Counted from the stretch's first letter, positions 39,735 through 50,228 are shown. The stretch is DNA of 64,000 bases from Pelagibacterales bacterium SAG-MED50 (GCA_014653385.1 JACWER010000002.1:60258-124257); one strand, 5' to 3'. A program made the numbers and translations. Notes: generated by a model from the sequence alone, not told the origin.

Positions 39735-40543
39735 GATTTCAAACCCCAAACTTTTAAACGAATTAAGTATTTCATATTATTATTTAATTTTAAATACTTA
39801 CGTGTATGTTGGTCAGATATTATTGATTTATTATTTTTTTTATAGCAATAAGTTTCGCTAAACTTCCAGTTATATTCATCGAATTTATCACCATCTGAAT
39901 TTACTACAAAAATTTTTATTTTTTTCTTTTTTAAATACTTTGTTAAACTATTTTTTCCACTTTCTATTTTTAATGTATCTTCTTTATTTCTTAATTTTTT
40001 ATTCTTAATAAAATTTAAAAAAATTTTTGAATTAATTAAAAAACTTGAAGTACGCATATGTGGATTCGGAAATTTATCAAAATTTTTTAAAAAATAATAT
40101 TTTCTTATCAAGAATCTAAATATTTTATGAAATTTATTTTTAAGTTTAATAGAGTCTACCATACTTTCATAAGATGCTGTTGGAGCTATAACAGTATTTT
40201 TTTTTTTAAATAAAAATAATTTTTTTAACCAGTTATGACAAGTTGGATATGAATGACTATTTAGGAATAAGATATCTTTATCAAAAAATAAATTAGAAAC
40301 TCTTTTATAGCTGCCAAAATCCCAATCATTAGCTTTTCCTGGATCAATAAACTCAACGTAATTAATACTAATTAATTTTTTTTTTAATTTAATCACTTCA
40401 TTAATGCTAAATAATTTAAAACAAATAACTAGTTGGTGATTTAAACCCGATTTATACTTTTTGTAATTTTTAACAAAATTTGTAAGTGATTTTTTTTTAT
40501 CAAAAGAAGTATAATGATAACAAACAATATTATTAGTTGACAT
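39731..40543 (-). CDS. Hypothetical polysaccharide-synthesis protein, possibly RgpF-like glycosyltransferase
   Basis: WDFGSY, ILFLNS, PHMRTSSF, IESGKNSLT; located in a sugar cluster. Confidence 0.4.
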   Translation of the reverse strand: MSTNNIVCYHYTSFDKKKSLTNFVKNYKKYKSGLNHQLVICFKLFSINEVIKLKKKLISINYVEFIDPGKANDWDFGSYKRVSNLFFDKDILFLNSHSYPTCHNWLKKLFLFKKKNTVIAPTASYESMVDSIKLKNKFHKIFRFLIRKYYFLKNFDKFPNPHMRTSSFLINSKIFLNFIKNKKLRNKEDTLKIESGKNSLTKYLKKKKIKIFVVNSDGDKFDEYNWKFSETYCYKKNNKSIISDQHTRKYLKLNNNMKYLIRLKVWGLKS

Positions 40544-40667
40544 AAATAATTTATAATGGATTTTTCGATAAATAAAACACTTAAGAGAATAAATTATTAT
40601 TAAGTTGGAAAGTAATCAAAATTAATATATTGAATAATTTCATTAACTTTTAATTTAAAAATTCTTT

Positions 40668-41864
40668 ATGAAAAAAATTTATTATGGTCGAGCTGTATAT
40701 GATCATAATGAGATTAATGCTGTTTTAAAAGTATTAAAAAATAATAGTTTATCTTTGACTGATGGTAAAAATGTTAAGGAATTAGAGAGAATATTTTCTA
40801 AAATGTTTGGAAAGAAATATGGCTTGATGGTTAACTCAGGTTCTTCAGCTAATTTATTGGGTTTAGCATCTTTTAATTTTAAAAAAGGTTCTGAGATAAT
40901 TACTCCAAATTTAACATTTTCTACAACAATTGCTCCTATTTATCAGCTCGGTTTAATCCCTCACTTTATTGGTGTAGAAAAAAATAAATTCGTTGCCGAT
41001 GTTAATCATATAGAAAAATGTATTAACAAAAAAACTGTGGCTATTATGATACCTAATCTACTAGGGAATATTGCTAATTGGGTAAAAATTTCAAAAATAG
41101 CAAAGAAATATAAGCTAAAAGTTTTTGAAGACTCAGCTGATACTGTAGGGTATTCATTAAATAAAAAAAATACAGGTAAATACTCAGATATTGTAACTAA
41201 TAGTTTCTATGCTTCACATATTATTAATGGTGGTGGCACTGGTGGCATTGTATGTTTTAATGATTATAAATTATATCAAAAAGCAAAATTACTTAGAGGA
41301 TGGGGAAGATCTTCTGCAATATTTAATGAGTCAGAAAATATTGATAAAAGGTTTAATATTAAAATATCTGGTATTAATTATGACGCAAAATATGTCTTTT
41401 CTGAAATGGGATACAATTTTTTACCATCAGAAATTTCTGCAGCATTTGCATTAGAACAATTAAAAAAATTAGGTGATAATATTAAAATAAGAAATAGAAA
41501 TTTTACAAAATTGCACTCCTTTTTTGGTAAGTATAAAAAGATGTTTAACTTACCTGAGATGTATCCTGGTATCAAAACACCATGGCTTGCTTTTCCAATA
41601 GTTATAAAAAAAAACAAATATTTCGATAGAAAATCATTACAAATTTACCTTGAGAAAAATAAAATTCAAACAAGGACAATTTTTACTGGAAATATCCTTA
41701 AGCAACCAGTTATGAAAAATAGAAAATATAAGTTTTATAAAGGTTGTAACGATGTTGCAGATGATGTTATGAAAAATGGAATTCTTATAGGATGTCATCA
41801 TGGTATGTCCATTGCTGATGTTAATTTTATTTGTAGGACTTTTCAAAAATTTATTAATAAATAA
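40668..41864 (+). CDS. DegT/DnrJ/EryC1/StrS family enzyme, NDP-4-keto-6-deoxyhexose 3-dehydratase type
   Basis: MVNSGSSANL, PNLLGN, EDSAD, SFYASHII (His in place of the Schiff-base Lys), RGWGR, GYNF. Confidence 0.85.
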   Translation: MKKIYYGRAVYDHNEINAVLKVLKNNSLSLTDGKNVKELERIFSKMFGKKYGLMVNSGSSANLLGLASFNFKKGSEIITPNLTFSTTIAPIYQLGLIPHFIGVEKNKFVADVNHIEKCINKKTVAIMIPNLLGNIANWVKISKIAKKYKLKVFEDSADTVGYSLNKKNTGKYSDIVTNSFYASHIINGGGTGGIVCFNDYKLYQKAKLLRGWGRSSAIFNESENIDKRFNIKISGINYDAKYVFSEMGYNFLPSEISAAFALEQLKKLGDNIKIRNRNFTKLHSFFGKYKKMFNLPEMYPGIKTPWLAFPIVIKKNKYFDRKSLQIYLEKNKIQTRTIFTGNILKQPVMKNRKYKFYKGCNDVADDVMKNGILIGCHHGMSIADVNFICRTFQKFINK

Positions 41865-41907
41865 AAATGATAAAAATATTATTTTTTAATGAGATAGTCA
41901 AAACTAT

Positions 41908-42609
41908 ATGAGAAATAAGATATTAGTAACAGGTGGCAATGGTAGATTTGCAAAAGTTCTAAAAAAAAGAAATAATTTATTAAATTTAAAATTTCTATCA
42001 AAAAAAGAAATGAATATATTAAATATAAAATCGATTGAAAAATGTATAACTAAACATAAACCAAAAATACTGATACATACGGCTGGTTTATCAAGACCTA
42101 TGCAAGAACATGAAATCAATATTTCAAAAAGTATTGATTTAAATATTATTGGTACAGCAAATATTGTTAAAGCATGTGAAAAGCATAATATAAAATTAAT
42201 TTATTTTTCAACTTGTTATGTTTATGATGGTATAAAAGGTAATTTTAATGAAACAGATCCAGTCAAACCAATTAATAATTATGCTTTATCAAAATTGGGG
42301 GGTGAAAGTTCAGTATTAATGTATAAAAATTCATTAGTTTTGAGAATTCAAATGACCGAAAAACCATTTTTTCATAAAAAGGCATTTACAAATCTTTTTT
42401 CAAACTACATTTTTCATGACGAAATGGCCGATATATTACCAAAATTATTAAATAGTTTTGGTATTATCAATGTTGGCGGCAAACTTCAGTCTATATACAA
42501 TTTTGCTAAACAACATAATACAAAAATTATTAAAGATAAATGTATAAATAAAAAGATTCCTTTAAAACAAACTATGAATTTAAGTAAACTAAAAAAAATT
42601 CTTAATTGA
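41908..42609 (+). CDS. dTDP-4-dehydrorhamnose reductase-like SDR (short)
   Basis: VTGGNGRF, STCYVYDG, ETDPVKPINNYALSK. Confidence 0.8.
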   Translation: MRNKILVTGGNGRFAKVLKKRNNLLNLKFLSKKEMNILNIKSIEKCITKHKPKILIHTAGLSRPMQEHEINISKSIDLNIIGTANIVKACEKHNIKLIYFSTCYVYDGIKGNFNETDPVKPINNYALSKLGGESSVLMYKNSLVLRIQMTEKPFFHKKAFTNLFSNYIFHDEMADILPKLLNSFGIINVGGKLQSIYNFAKQHNTKIIKDKCINKKIPLKQTMNLSKLKKILN

Positions 42610-42765
42610 AAAAATTATTTAGCAGTTATTTGAAATAACTATATATAAGTATTAAGATAATTAAAGACTAGAATGATATGATTTTAATATATAAATTTAA
42701 AATAGATTATGTCAAAATCAAAAAAATATATTTAAGTTAATAAATAGTTATAAAAGATTTATCCA

Positions 42766-43290
42766 ATGAAAATTTTAAAAACAAATTTTAAAGATTTTTT
42801 AATTTTTGAATCAATGAATTTCTATGATAGACGTGGTTTTTTCAGGGAGTTAATTCATCAGAAATATATTAAAAAAAAATTAGTTTTTACTGTTGTTTCC
42901 AAATCAAAAAAAAATGTTTTAAGAGGCTTACATATGCAAGTAAAAAAACCACAAGGAAAATATGTATCTGTTATTAAAGGTAAAATCTTAGATGTAGTAG
43001 TCGATTGTCGCAAAAATTCTAAAACATTTGGAAAACATTTTAAAATTATCTTAAGCCAAAAAAATTGTAAATCAGTTTATATCCCACCAGGTTTTGTTCA
43101 CGGGTTTCTTGGTTTAGAAAAAGAAAATATTATTGTCTATAGTTGTACTAATTATCGAGATAAAGATTCAGAAATGGGAATATTATGGAATGATAAAAAA
43201 TTAAATATAAATTGGTCAATTAAAAAACCCATACTATCCACAAAAGATAGAAATAATATTTCATTTGAAGATTATCTAAATAAGATATGA
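42766..43290 (+). CDS. rfbC: dTDP-4-dehydrorhamnose 3,5-epimerase
   Basis: DRRGFFRE, VLRGLH, DVVVD, PPGFVHGF, LSTKD. Confidence 0.93.
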   Translation: MKILKTNFKDFLIFESMNFYDRRGFFRELIHQKYIKKKLVFTVVSKSKKNVLRGLHMQVKKPQGKYVSVIKGKILDVVVDCRKNSKTFGKHFKIILSQKNCKSVYIPPGFVHGFLGLEKENIIVYSCTNYRDKDSEMGILWNDKKLNINWSIKKPILSTKDRNNISFEDYLNKI

Positions 43291-43352
43291 CATAAAAATT
43301 CAATCAAATTTTTATTTTTCAATTTAATTAAACATATACATTTAAAAAAAAA

Positions 43353-44228
43353 ATGAATAAATCACTGACTATTATAATCCCATCATATAGATCAAAAAAA
43401 TTGATCCTATCACACATAAAAAATCTTTCCAAAAACTTTAGGATTATTATTGTTGAGAATTCATATGATAAGATATTAAAAAAAATAATTAATAATAAAT
43501 ATAAAAATGTTAAAATATATTTAAAAAAAAATATTGGATATGGTAGAGCCGTTAACTTTGCTGCAAAAAAAGTAAAAACAAAATATTTTTTTGTGATAAA
43601 TCCCGATACTGTAATTTATGATCGCACTCTAAAAAACTTAATAAATGCTGCTAATAAAATCGGTGAATTTGGTGCAATTGGCCCTGTTTATAAAAACCAA
43701 AATCAAAAAAAATCAATTAAAAATTTTATTGAAAAAAAAAAACTTGTTGCAGCAGCAATGCTAATTAAAACTGAGATATTTAAAAAAATTAAGGGGTATG
43801 ATGAAAATTTTTTTCTTTACTATGAAGATGATGATTATTTTGCAAAATGTAATTATCTAAATTTAAAGTTGTACTTAATAACAAACTCATTTCTAAGACA
43901 TCCAAAAGTAAAAAAAATGAAAAAAACTCTTAATTTACATTCAACAACTTTTATGAACTTGAATGAGAAAAATAGCACCTATTGTGTTGGCGGTTGGCAT
44001 GGACAATGGTCAAAATTTTATTATTTAAAAAAGTATAAAGGTTTTTTAAAAGCTTCATTTTTATGTTTGCCAAATATTTTTTTGAATTTATTTCAATTAC
44101 TTCCTTTTTTATTTTTTAATCTAAACAAAGCTAAATATAAATATTTTAAAATTGAAGGTTTTTTATGTTCAATGATTGGAACTAGCTCGTTCAAAAGATC
44201 AATATTTGATAAAAAAAATATCTATTAG
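43353..44228 (+). CDS. Glycosyltransferase family 2
   Basis: IIPSY, VENS, NIGYGRAVN, NPD, GYDENFFLYYEDDD. Confidence 0.9.
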   Translation: MNKSLTIIIPSYRSKKLILSHIKNLSKNFRIIIVENSYDKILKKIINNKYKNVKIYLKKNIGYGRAVNFAAKKVKTKYFFVINPDTVIYDRTLKNLINAANKIGEFGAIGPVYKNQNQKKSIKNFIEKKKLVAAAMLIKTEIFKKIKGYDENFFLYYEDDDYFAKCNYLNLKLYLITNSFLRHPKVKKMKKTLNLHSTTFMNLNEKNSTYCVGGWHGQWSKFYYLKKYKGFLKASFLCLPNIFLNLFQLLPFLFFNLNKAKYKYFKIEGFLCSMIGTSSFKRSIFDKKNIY

Positions 44229-44235
44229 ATATAAT

Positions 44236-45117
44236 CTAATTTTTTTTTAGATTTATTTTTCTATAGAAAAATTTAACATAAAAATAATTTAATTTACATT
44301 TAATAAAGTTTATTAAAAAATTAAAACTATGTTTAGGTTTTATTAACGGGCCTGTATATTTTGTGTTAGATTTTAAATAAAATTTCTTAAAAAACTTAAT
44401 ACTTATCCCCCACTTTAATAGAAAAACTTTTCCACTTCTACTACCATAATTTGGTTTATTCTCTAACTTATTAATTTTTTTTCTTAATACAACTGATCCA
44501 AAGTGGTAAACTTTAAAATTATTTAAACCTTTAAAAATACGTATACCTTCATTCCAAAGTTTTATATTAAAATCAGGATCTGATCCTACACCGGGAAAAT
44601 ATTCTTCACTAAATCCACCCACTTTATTCCAAATTGATTTATGAACTAATGTAGGTGCCCATGTTGAACCTTGAAAATCATAGTAATTAAAATCTTTATA
44701 ATTTTCTAAAAACTTTTTTTCATTAAATTCATTAGGTTTTTTACCACAATCAAATTTAATTTGACCTTCATTCATCATTGTTCCAGATAAGTAAAAATTG
44801 TTATGACCAATTTTATTTATTTCATTTAATAAGACTAAATCCCATTCTGGACAAAAATAAAAATCATCATGCGCATAGAGAAAATAATCAAATCTAGCTA
44901 ATTTTGCAGCCGTGTTAATACCCTCACATATACCTGAATTATAAATAGTGTGTGAAAAATTAATTTTTTTATTTTTTAAGTACTCAGTAGTTCCATCGTT
45001 TCCAACATTTACATGACAAACTATTTGATGATCAAATTTAGAATTTTTTTTAATACTATTGATACAAAATTTTAAATATTCAATATTATTAAAAGTAGGA
45101 ATTAAAATTGAAAACAT
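44236..45117 (-). CDS. Glycosyltransferase family 2
   Basis: SILIPTFN, AHDD, VGGFSEEY, SDPD, VYHFGS. Confidence 0.9.
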   Translation of the reverse strand: MFSILIPTFNNIEYLKFCINSIKKNSKFDHQIVCHVNVGNDGTTEYLKNKKINFSHTIYNSGICEGINTAAKLARFDYFLYAHDDFYFCPEWDLVLLNEINKIGHNNFYLSGTMMNEGQIKFDCGKKPNEFNEKKFLENYKDFNYYDFQGSTWAPTLVHKSIWNKVGGFSEEYFPGVGSDPDFNIKLWNEGIRIFKGLNNFKVYHFGSVVLRKKINKLENKPNYGSRSGKVFLLKWGISIKFFKKFYLKSNTKYTGPLIKPKHSFNFLINFIKCKLNYFYVKFFYRKINLKKN

Positions 45118-45122
45118 TTAGT

Positions 45123-47207
45123 TTAGACAACTGAATGCCAAAAAGGTTTTTTTGATTGATCTAATTCTGCACAAGATAAAATATAATTAGAAATAACTAT
45201 GTTGCTCATATGTCGGTGATATTTTTCATAACCAGATTTTGCAATTTTAATTCTTTGTTTATCATTATTGTTGTAGAATTTTAATTTTTTTATCAAATCT
45301 TTTTTATTTTTGTAATAAATAACATCCTTATTAGATAAAATTTTTTGAAAATTAGTGTTTTGGTTAATAAATACTAAAAGACCATTACCAATAAGAGATG
45401 AAATTCTATCGCTAGAATATTTATTTTGGTATTTACCTCTACTTATATTTAGAGCCATTTTTGTTTTAGACAAATAGTGATAATAATTACTACCCCAAAT
45501 AGGTTCAAAATTATTTAATCCAAATTGAGCAAACTTAAACTGAGGTAGATCTGAAATAACTTCATTAATAAATTTTTCACGTTCATCAAATTTACCTTTT
45601 TTAAGAATACCTCTATTTTGACCATGACTTACTGCTACAAAAATATCATATTCGTTAAAATTATTTTTATAATTTTTATAATGATCGATAGCAGCATCTA
45701 CTGGATTTGGAATAAATTTTAGTTTTTTATAATGTTTATGATTCCTAAAAATACTTGGAGATGACGTTAAAAAACAATAATCAACAAAATCAAGGTTTCT
45801 CAAAAAATTAGTTTTAGTATTATCTTTTAAAAATTCTGGTGATACGGAGTCTATAAACCAAGAACATATTTTGATACTATTATCATTGCAGTACTTAAAG
45901 ATCTCATCTGTGATATTAAATACATGACCAATAACAATAATGTGTGGTGAAAAATTTTTGATTGTATTAAAAATTTTGTCATTAAATTTTTTAATTGGAC
46001 TAAAGGGTTGAATTATTGATCTATTAGATTTTAAAAACGATCTATTACTTATTGTTTCAACAATATGGTTGTTTTTAATAAATCCATTATTAAGTTTATT
46101 TGCAAATGAGTAATAAAGCCTACCATCTGAATTTTCATTAAAATTTGCTATATGTAAAATTCTTTTTTTATCAGAAAGGTATATATTATTTTGATTATTT
46201 AATATTTCAGATCTTGCATCATCTAACATTTTAGAAATAATTTTAATATTAAAATTATTATTTTTATGAAATAATTTTTGTTTTTGTCTTCTTAAATATT
46301 TATTTTTTGTAATTTTTTTTAAGATATTAACTAATTCAGAGGATGAATTTTCTTTTAAAACTAAAGCAATATTTTTAGACTCCGCTAAACCACCTTTATT
46401 AGAAATTATAGGCAAGCATTTTCTACTACTTGCTTCAATAGCTATTCTGCCTAAAGGTTCATCCCAAACTGAATTTCCAACAGCAATTTCTGATTTACTA
46501 TAATAATTCAAAACTTCACTATTTTTTTTATAACCAATTTCACTAACAATACTTTTGTCTGGGAATATTTCTTTTCTTGCTTCATTACCAATGGCAATAA
46601 AATTCCAACTTGGATCAAATTTTTTGAATTTTAAAGCTGCTTCAGAAAAAATATGGTATCCTTTTGCATGATTTAATTTACCTACAAATAAAATATTTTT
46701 TTCTTTTTTAGATAAATTTATTTTATAATTTTTGTCAATTCCATGAGGAATTATTAATGTATGTGATAAATTTGCATTTTTAAAAGATGAAAAAAATCTT
46801 TGCTGAATCCATCTACTTATAAAAATAACTTTATGGCATCCGCTAACAATATCCTCTCTTTCCTTTAAAGAAATTGAACCTCTTAGTGATAATGGATCAT
46901 TATGGAAAATTAATTTAATTTTTGTTTTTGGAAAATATTTTTTTATATAAGTATAATATTCAGGTCTATTATGTATTTCAATTATTTTAATATTTAAAGA
47001 TTTATATTTTTCACAAAAATTAATTATATAGTTTTTGTTTCTAAATAACTGGCTTTTACTTTTAAAATCATCAGATGAAATTATTGAAATCTTTTTTTTG
47101 AATTTTGAATAATTAGTTGTATCTTTAACATATAATGAAACAGCTCCTGCATAATTTGGATTTAAACTTTCCTTAAAAGGAAGAATAATAAATATATCTT
47201 TTTTCAT
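45123..47207 (-). CDS. Two-module GT-B glycosyltransferase fusion (GT4-like plus CgeB-like)
   Basis: FVGKLNHAKG, SVWDEPLGRIAIEA, KGGLAE; second module ALNISR, YSSDRI, IAKSGYEK. Confidence 0.85.
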   Translation of the reverse strand: MKKDIFIILPFKESLNPNYAGAVSLYVKDTTNYSKFKKKISIISSDDFKSKSQLFRNKNYIINFCEKYKSLNIKIIEIHNRPEYYTYIKKYFPKTKIKLIFHNDPLSLRGSISLKEREDIVSGCHKVIFISRWIQQRFFSSFKNANLSHTLIIPHGIDKNYKINLSKKEKNILFVGKLNHAKGYHIFSEAALKFKKFDPSWNFIAIGNEARKEIFPDKSIVSEIGYKKNSEVLNYYSKSEIAVGNSVWDEPLGRIAIEASSRKCLPIISNKGGLAESKNIALVLKENSSSELVNILKKITKNKYLRRQKQKLFHKNNNFNIKIISKMLDDARSEILNNQNNIYLSDKKRILHIANFNENSDGRLYYSFANKLNNGFIKNNHIVETISNRSFLKSNRSIIQPFSPIKKFNDKIFNTIKNFSPHIIVIGHVFNITDEIFKYCNDNSIKICSWFIDSVSPEFLKDNTKTNFLRNLDFVDYCFLTSSPSIFRNHKHYKKLKFIPNPVDAAIDHYKNYKNNFNEYDIFVAVSHGQNRGILKKGKFDEREKFINEVISDLPQFKFAQFGLNNFEPIWGSNYYHYLSKTKMALNISRGKYQNKYSSDRISSLIGNGLLVFINQNTNFQKILSNKDVIYYKNKKDLIKKLKFYNNNDKQRIKIAKSGYEKYHRHMSNIVISNYILSCAELDQSKKPFWHSVV

Positions 47208-47461
47208 TTTTTTAAAAAATTTATTTTAATATTTTTTCTTAACTTATAATCCTTTTTAAGTTTATATTCATCTTTCATTGCACAAGATTTAGTTAAATAT
47301 TTTTTTTTATAAATAACTTTCCATATTTTACCTTTTGTAAATTTTGCACCTTTTGAATTATTATGAAGAGTTAGTCGTTTCTCTAAATTACCAGTGTATC
47401 CAACGTAAGAAATATTCTTATTTTTATGTTTTGCTAAAATCATGTAAACAAAATAAGGCAT
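47204..47461 (-). CDS. GIY-YIG nuclease family protein (UPF0213-like)
   Basis: YFVYM, SYVGYT, RLTLHNNSKGAKFTKG. Confidence 0.9.
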   Translation of the reverse strand: MPYFVYMILAKHKNKNISYVGYTGNLEKRLTLHNNSKGAKFTKGKIWKVIYKKKYLTKSCAMKDEYKLKKDYKLRKNIKINFLKK

Positions 47462-47464
47462 AAA

Positions 47465-47539
47465 TGGCGGTCCCTGGGGGAATCGAACCCCCCTTTGCAG
47501 GATGAAAACCAGCTGTCCTAACCGATAGACGAAGGGACC
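47465..47539 (-). tRNA. tRNA-Glu(TTC)
   Basis: GGTCCCT...anticodon loop TTTTCAT...GTTCGATT...AGGGACCGCCA. Confidence 0.95.
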
Positions 47540-47589
47540 ATTGATGGGTCTTTTATTTTAAAAGTTAATATAATTCAAGACTTATTAAG

Positions 47590-49284
47590 TTATAGTATTA
47601 AATCTTTGATCTTTAATTGAATTGATTTTTTATTATTCCAAATATTTTCATGTATCTGTACAATAATATTAAATTTATTTTTATAAAATAATAAATAATG
47701 ACCAATTTTAGAATTTATGCAATTAAAACATATTGCATTAATAAAATTACCTGTATCAGTTTTTATAATAACTGATACATGTCTGTTATTAATAATTTTA
47801 AATTTAATTATTCTAAGATTTCTAATAAGAAAAATTGGAGCTAAATTATAATTTCCAAAAGGTCCTAATTTATTAATATCATTCATAATTTTGCTTTTAA
47901 TTGCTAATGAAGAAAGTTCCATATCATATTTGTTTGAATTTTTGATATGAGGTATTTTTTTTAAAAAATCATTTTGGATAAAGTTATTTAAAAGTAAAAT
48001 ATTTTTTTTTTTTAATGTGAATCCAGCAGCCATATTATGTCCACCGCCTTTATCAATAATGTTTTTATCAATTAATAATTTTATTAAATTTCCAATATTA
48101 TAGGATGACGTAGATCTAGCTGAAGCTTTAAGAAGATTATTGGAGTTTGTGATTACAATTGAAGGTTTATCAAAATAATCTTTTAATCGTGACGCAATAA
48201 TACCTATTAATCCTTCATTCAAATTATTTTTATAAAAAATTAATACATTTTTATTTTCTTTTTTAATCTTTTCAAAATCAATGTCATTTAAAATATCCTC
48301 TTCTATTTTCTTTCTTTTATTATTAAGATTTATTAACTTTTTAGATCTATCTTTTATAATTTCCTTATTGTTTGTAGTAAGCAATTCAACACCATATTTA
48401 GAGTAATTAAGTCTTCCACCGGCATTAATTATAGGTCCAATTAAAAAACCTAAATCTTCAACAGTTATTTTTTTTTTTAAATTATATTGATCAAATATAT
48501 AACTAAATGCTGCATTATTTTTTATATTAAAATCATCAAGTGTATTACGTGCTATAATTTTATTAATTTTCCTTAGTGGCATTACATCACATATCGTTGC
48601 AAGTAATACATAAATTAAAAAATTTGATAATTTGAAATTTGTTTTTTTTTTTTTAATTATAATATCTATATAAAAATAAGTTAAAGCAGTGGCACATAAA
48701 AATGAATTTTCTTTATATGTTAATTGTTTTTTTGGGTTAATTATGGCGTCAGATTTTGGATAAGGTTTATTAATTTCATGATGATCTATAATTATTGATC
48801 GAATATTATGTTGATTCAAATAGTCGATTGCTTCATTTGAAGTTGATCCACAATCAACCATTATTATCAATTTAGGTTTTTTTAAAATTAATTTTTGAAA
48901 AAGTTTTTTGCTAGCTCCATAGCCGTCATTGACTCTGTCAGGAATATAAAAAAAATGTTTTTGATTAATATGATTAAAATATCTTACTAATAAAGATGTT
49001 GCACATACACCATCAACATCATAATCACCTAAAATACAAATATTTTCATTTTTTTTTATTGTGTCTAAAAGAATTAATGATGCTTTTTGATAGTCGTAGT
49101 CATTTTCAAATTTATTAACTAATTTTTGATTATTTTCAATACCGTATATCTCTGAGGCATCATAATTTTTTGAAATTATTAAATGTGATAAAATGTCTCC
49201 AAAACCATAATCTTGTCTAATTTTTTCAACTAAATTTTTATTAACTATTTGTTTCTCCCATCTTTTTCCAGAAACAGATATCAT
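47590..49284 (-). CDS. recJ: Single-stranded-DNA exonuclease RecJ
   Basis: GDYDVDG, DGYG, VDCG, IDHH, NAGGRL, GGGHNMAAG. Confidence 0.95.
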   Translation of the reverse strand: MISVSGKRWEKQIVNKNLVEKIRQDYGFGDILSHLIISKNYDASEIYGIENNQKLVNKFENDYDYQKASLILLDTIKKNENICILGDYDVDGVCATSLLVRYFNHINQKHFFYIPDRVNDGYGASKKLFQKLILKKPKLIIMVDCGSTSNEAIDYLNQHNIRSIIIDHHEINKPYPKSDAIINPKKQLTYKENSFLCATALTYFYIDIIIKKKKTNFKLSNFLIYVLLATICDVMPLRKINKIIARNTLDDFNIKNNAAFSYIFDQYNLKKKITVEDLGFLIGPIINAGGRLNYSKYGVELLTTNNKEIIKDRSKKLINLNNKRKKIEEDILNDIDFEKIKKENKNVLIFYKNNLNEGLIGIIASRLKDYFDKPSIVITNSNNLLKASARSTSSYNIGNLIKLLIDKNIIDKGGGHNMAAGFTLKKKNILLLNNFIQNDFLKKIPHIKNSNKYDMELSSLAIKSKIMNDINKLGPFGNYNLAPIFLIRNLRIIKFKIINNRHVSVIIKTDTGNFINAICFNCINSKIGHYLLFYKNKFNIIVQIHENIWNNKKSIQLKIKDLIL

Positions 49285-50228
49285 TCATTTATTAAATTAA
49301 CACTTTTAACTACTTTTTTAAAATTACTATTTTTGTGTGTAATTAAAGTTTCACTTATAAATTTGTTCCCTTCAATTACTATGCCTTTTAAAACTTCACT
49401 ATTAGTTATACCTGTTGCACAAAATAGAGAATCTCCTTTAATAATTTCTTTTAATTCATATTTTTTGTTTAAATCAGTTACACCCATTGATTTAGCTTCA
49501 GATATATCTTTTTCTTTATCGAAAATAAATCTTCCTTGAAAATGACAATCAAAAGAATCAAGAGCACATGCAGCAATAACACCCTCTGGGCCACCACCAA
49601 TACCCAAAAACATATCAACATCATATTTTGGATCAGAAACATATAATGCACCTAGAACATCACCATCTGTAATAAGTTTAATATTTACCTCTAAATCTTT
49701 AAGATTATCAATGATATGTTTGTGCCTAGGTCTATCAAGTACACAAACATTTAATGAAGATATATCCTTATTTTTGAATTCTGATAAATTTTTAATATTT
49801 TTTTCTAGTGGATAATCTAAGTCAATCATGCCTTTATCAATTTTACCAGTAGCTATTTTATTCATATAAGTTTCTGGTGCATTAAATAAATTACCTTTTT
49901 CTCCAATCGCTAAAACTGCTATTCCACCAGGTAAATTATTTGCTACGAAATTAGTTCCTTCAACTGGATCTACTGCAATATCAAAAATTGGGCCTTTTTT
50001 AGTACCAAGTATTTCTCCAGTATAAAGCATAGGAGCCTCATCCAAAGTACCTTCCCCTATTACAACTTCGCCAGTCATATTTATTTTATTTAATTCAGAT
50101 CTCATTGAATTAACAGCAGCTTGATCAGTAGCTATTTTATCTTTTTTACCAATAAAAAATGAGGATGCATAAGCTGCTTTTGATGTTACGTTAATAAATA
50201 GATCAATGAATCTTTTATCTATTGCCAT
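49281..50228 (-). CDS. glpX: Fructose-1,6-bisphosphatase class II
   Basis: VIGEG, DEAPML, DPVEGT, DRPRH, GIGGGPEGV. Confidence 0.96.
   Translation of the reverse strand: MAIDKRFIDLFINVTSKAAYASSFFIGKKDKIATDQAAVNSMRSELNKINMTGEVVIGEGTLDEAPMLYTGEILGTKKGPIFDIAVDPVEGTNFVANNLPGGIAVLAIGEKGNLFNAPETYMNKIATGKIDKGMIDLDYPLEKNIKNLSEFKNKDISSLNVCVLDRPRHKHIIDNLKDLEVNIKLITDGDVLGALYVSDPKYDVDMFLGIGGGPEGVIAACALDSFDCHFQGRFIFDKEKDISEAKSMGVTDLNKKYELKEIIKGDSLFCATGITNSEVLKGIVIEGNKFISETLITHKNSNFKKVVKSVNLINE

Noticed and set aside
42624-42640. Palindrome AGTTATTT-G-AAATAACT as a terminator
   Set aside because: AT-only weak stem with no U-tract; plausible by chance
42690-42717. Second dif-like site (TTATGTCAAAA arm)
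   Set aside because: The left arm lacks CATAA; not distinguishable from AT-rich background
47204-47461. Homing endonuclease or intron at tRNA-Glu
   Set aside because: The 85-aa stand-alone UPF0213-type domain has no DNA-binding extension and the tRNA is uninterrupted
37595-47539. Prophage or integrative element from the recombinase to tRNA-Glu
   Set aside because: No phage or conjugation genes and no duplicated tRNA-Glu 3' end seen near the recombinase
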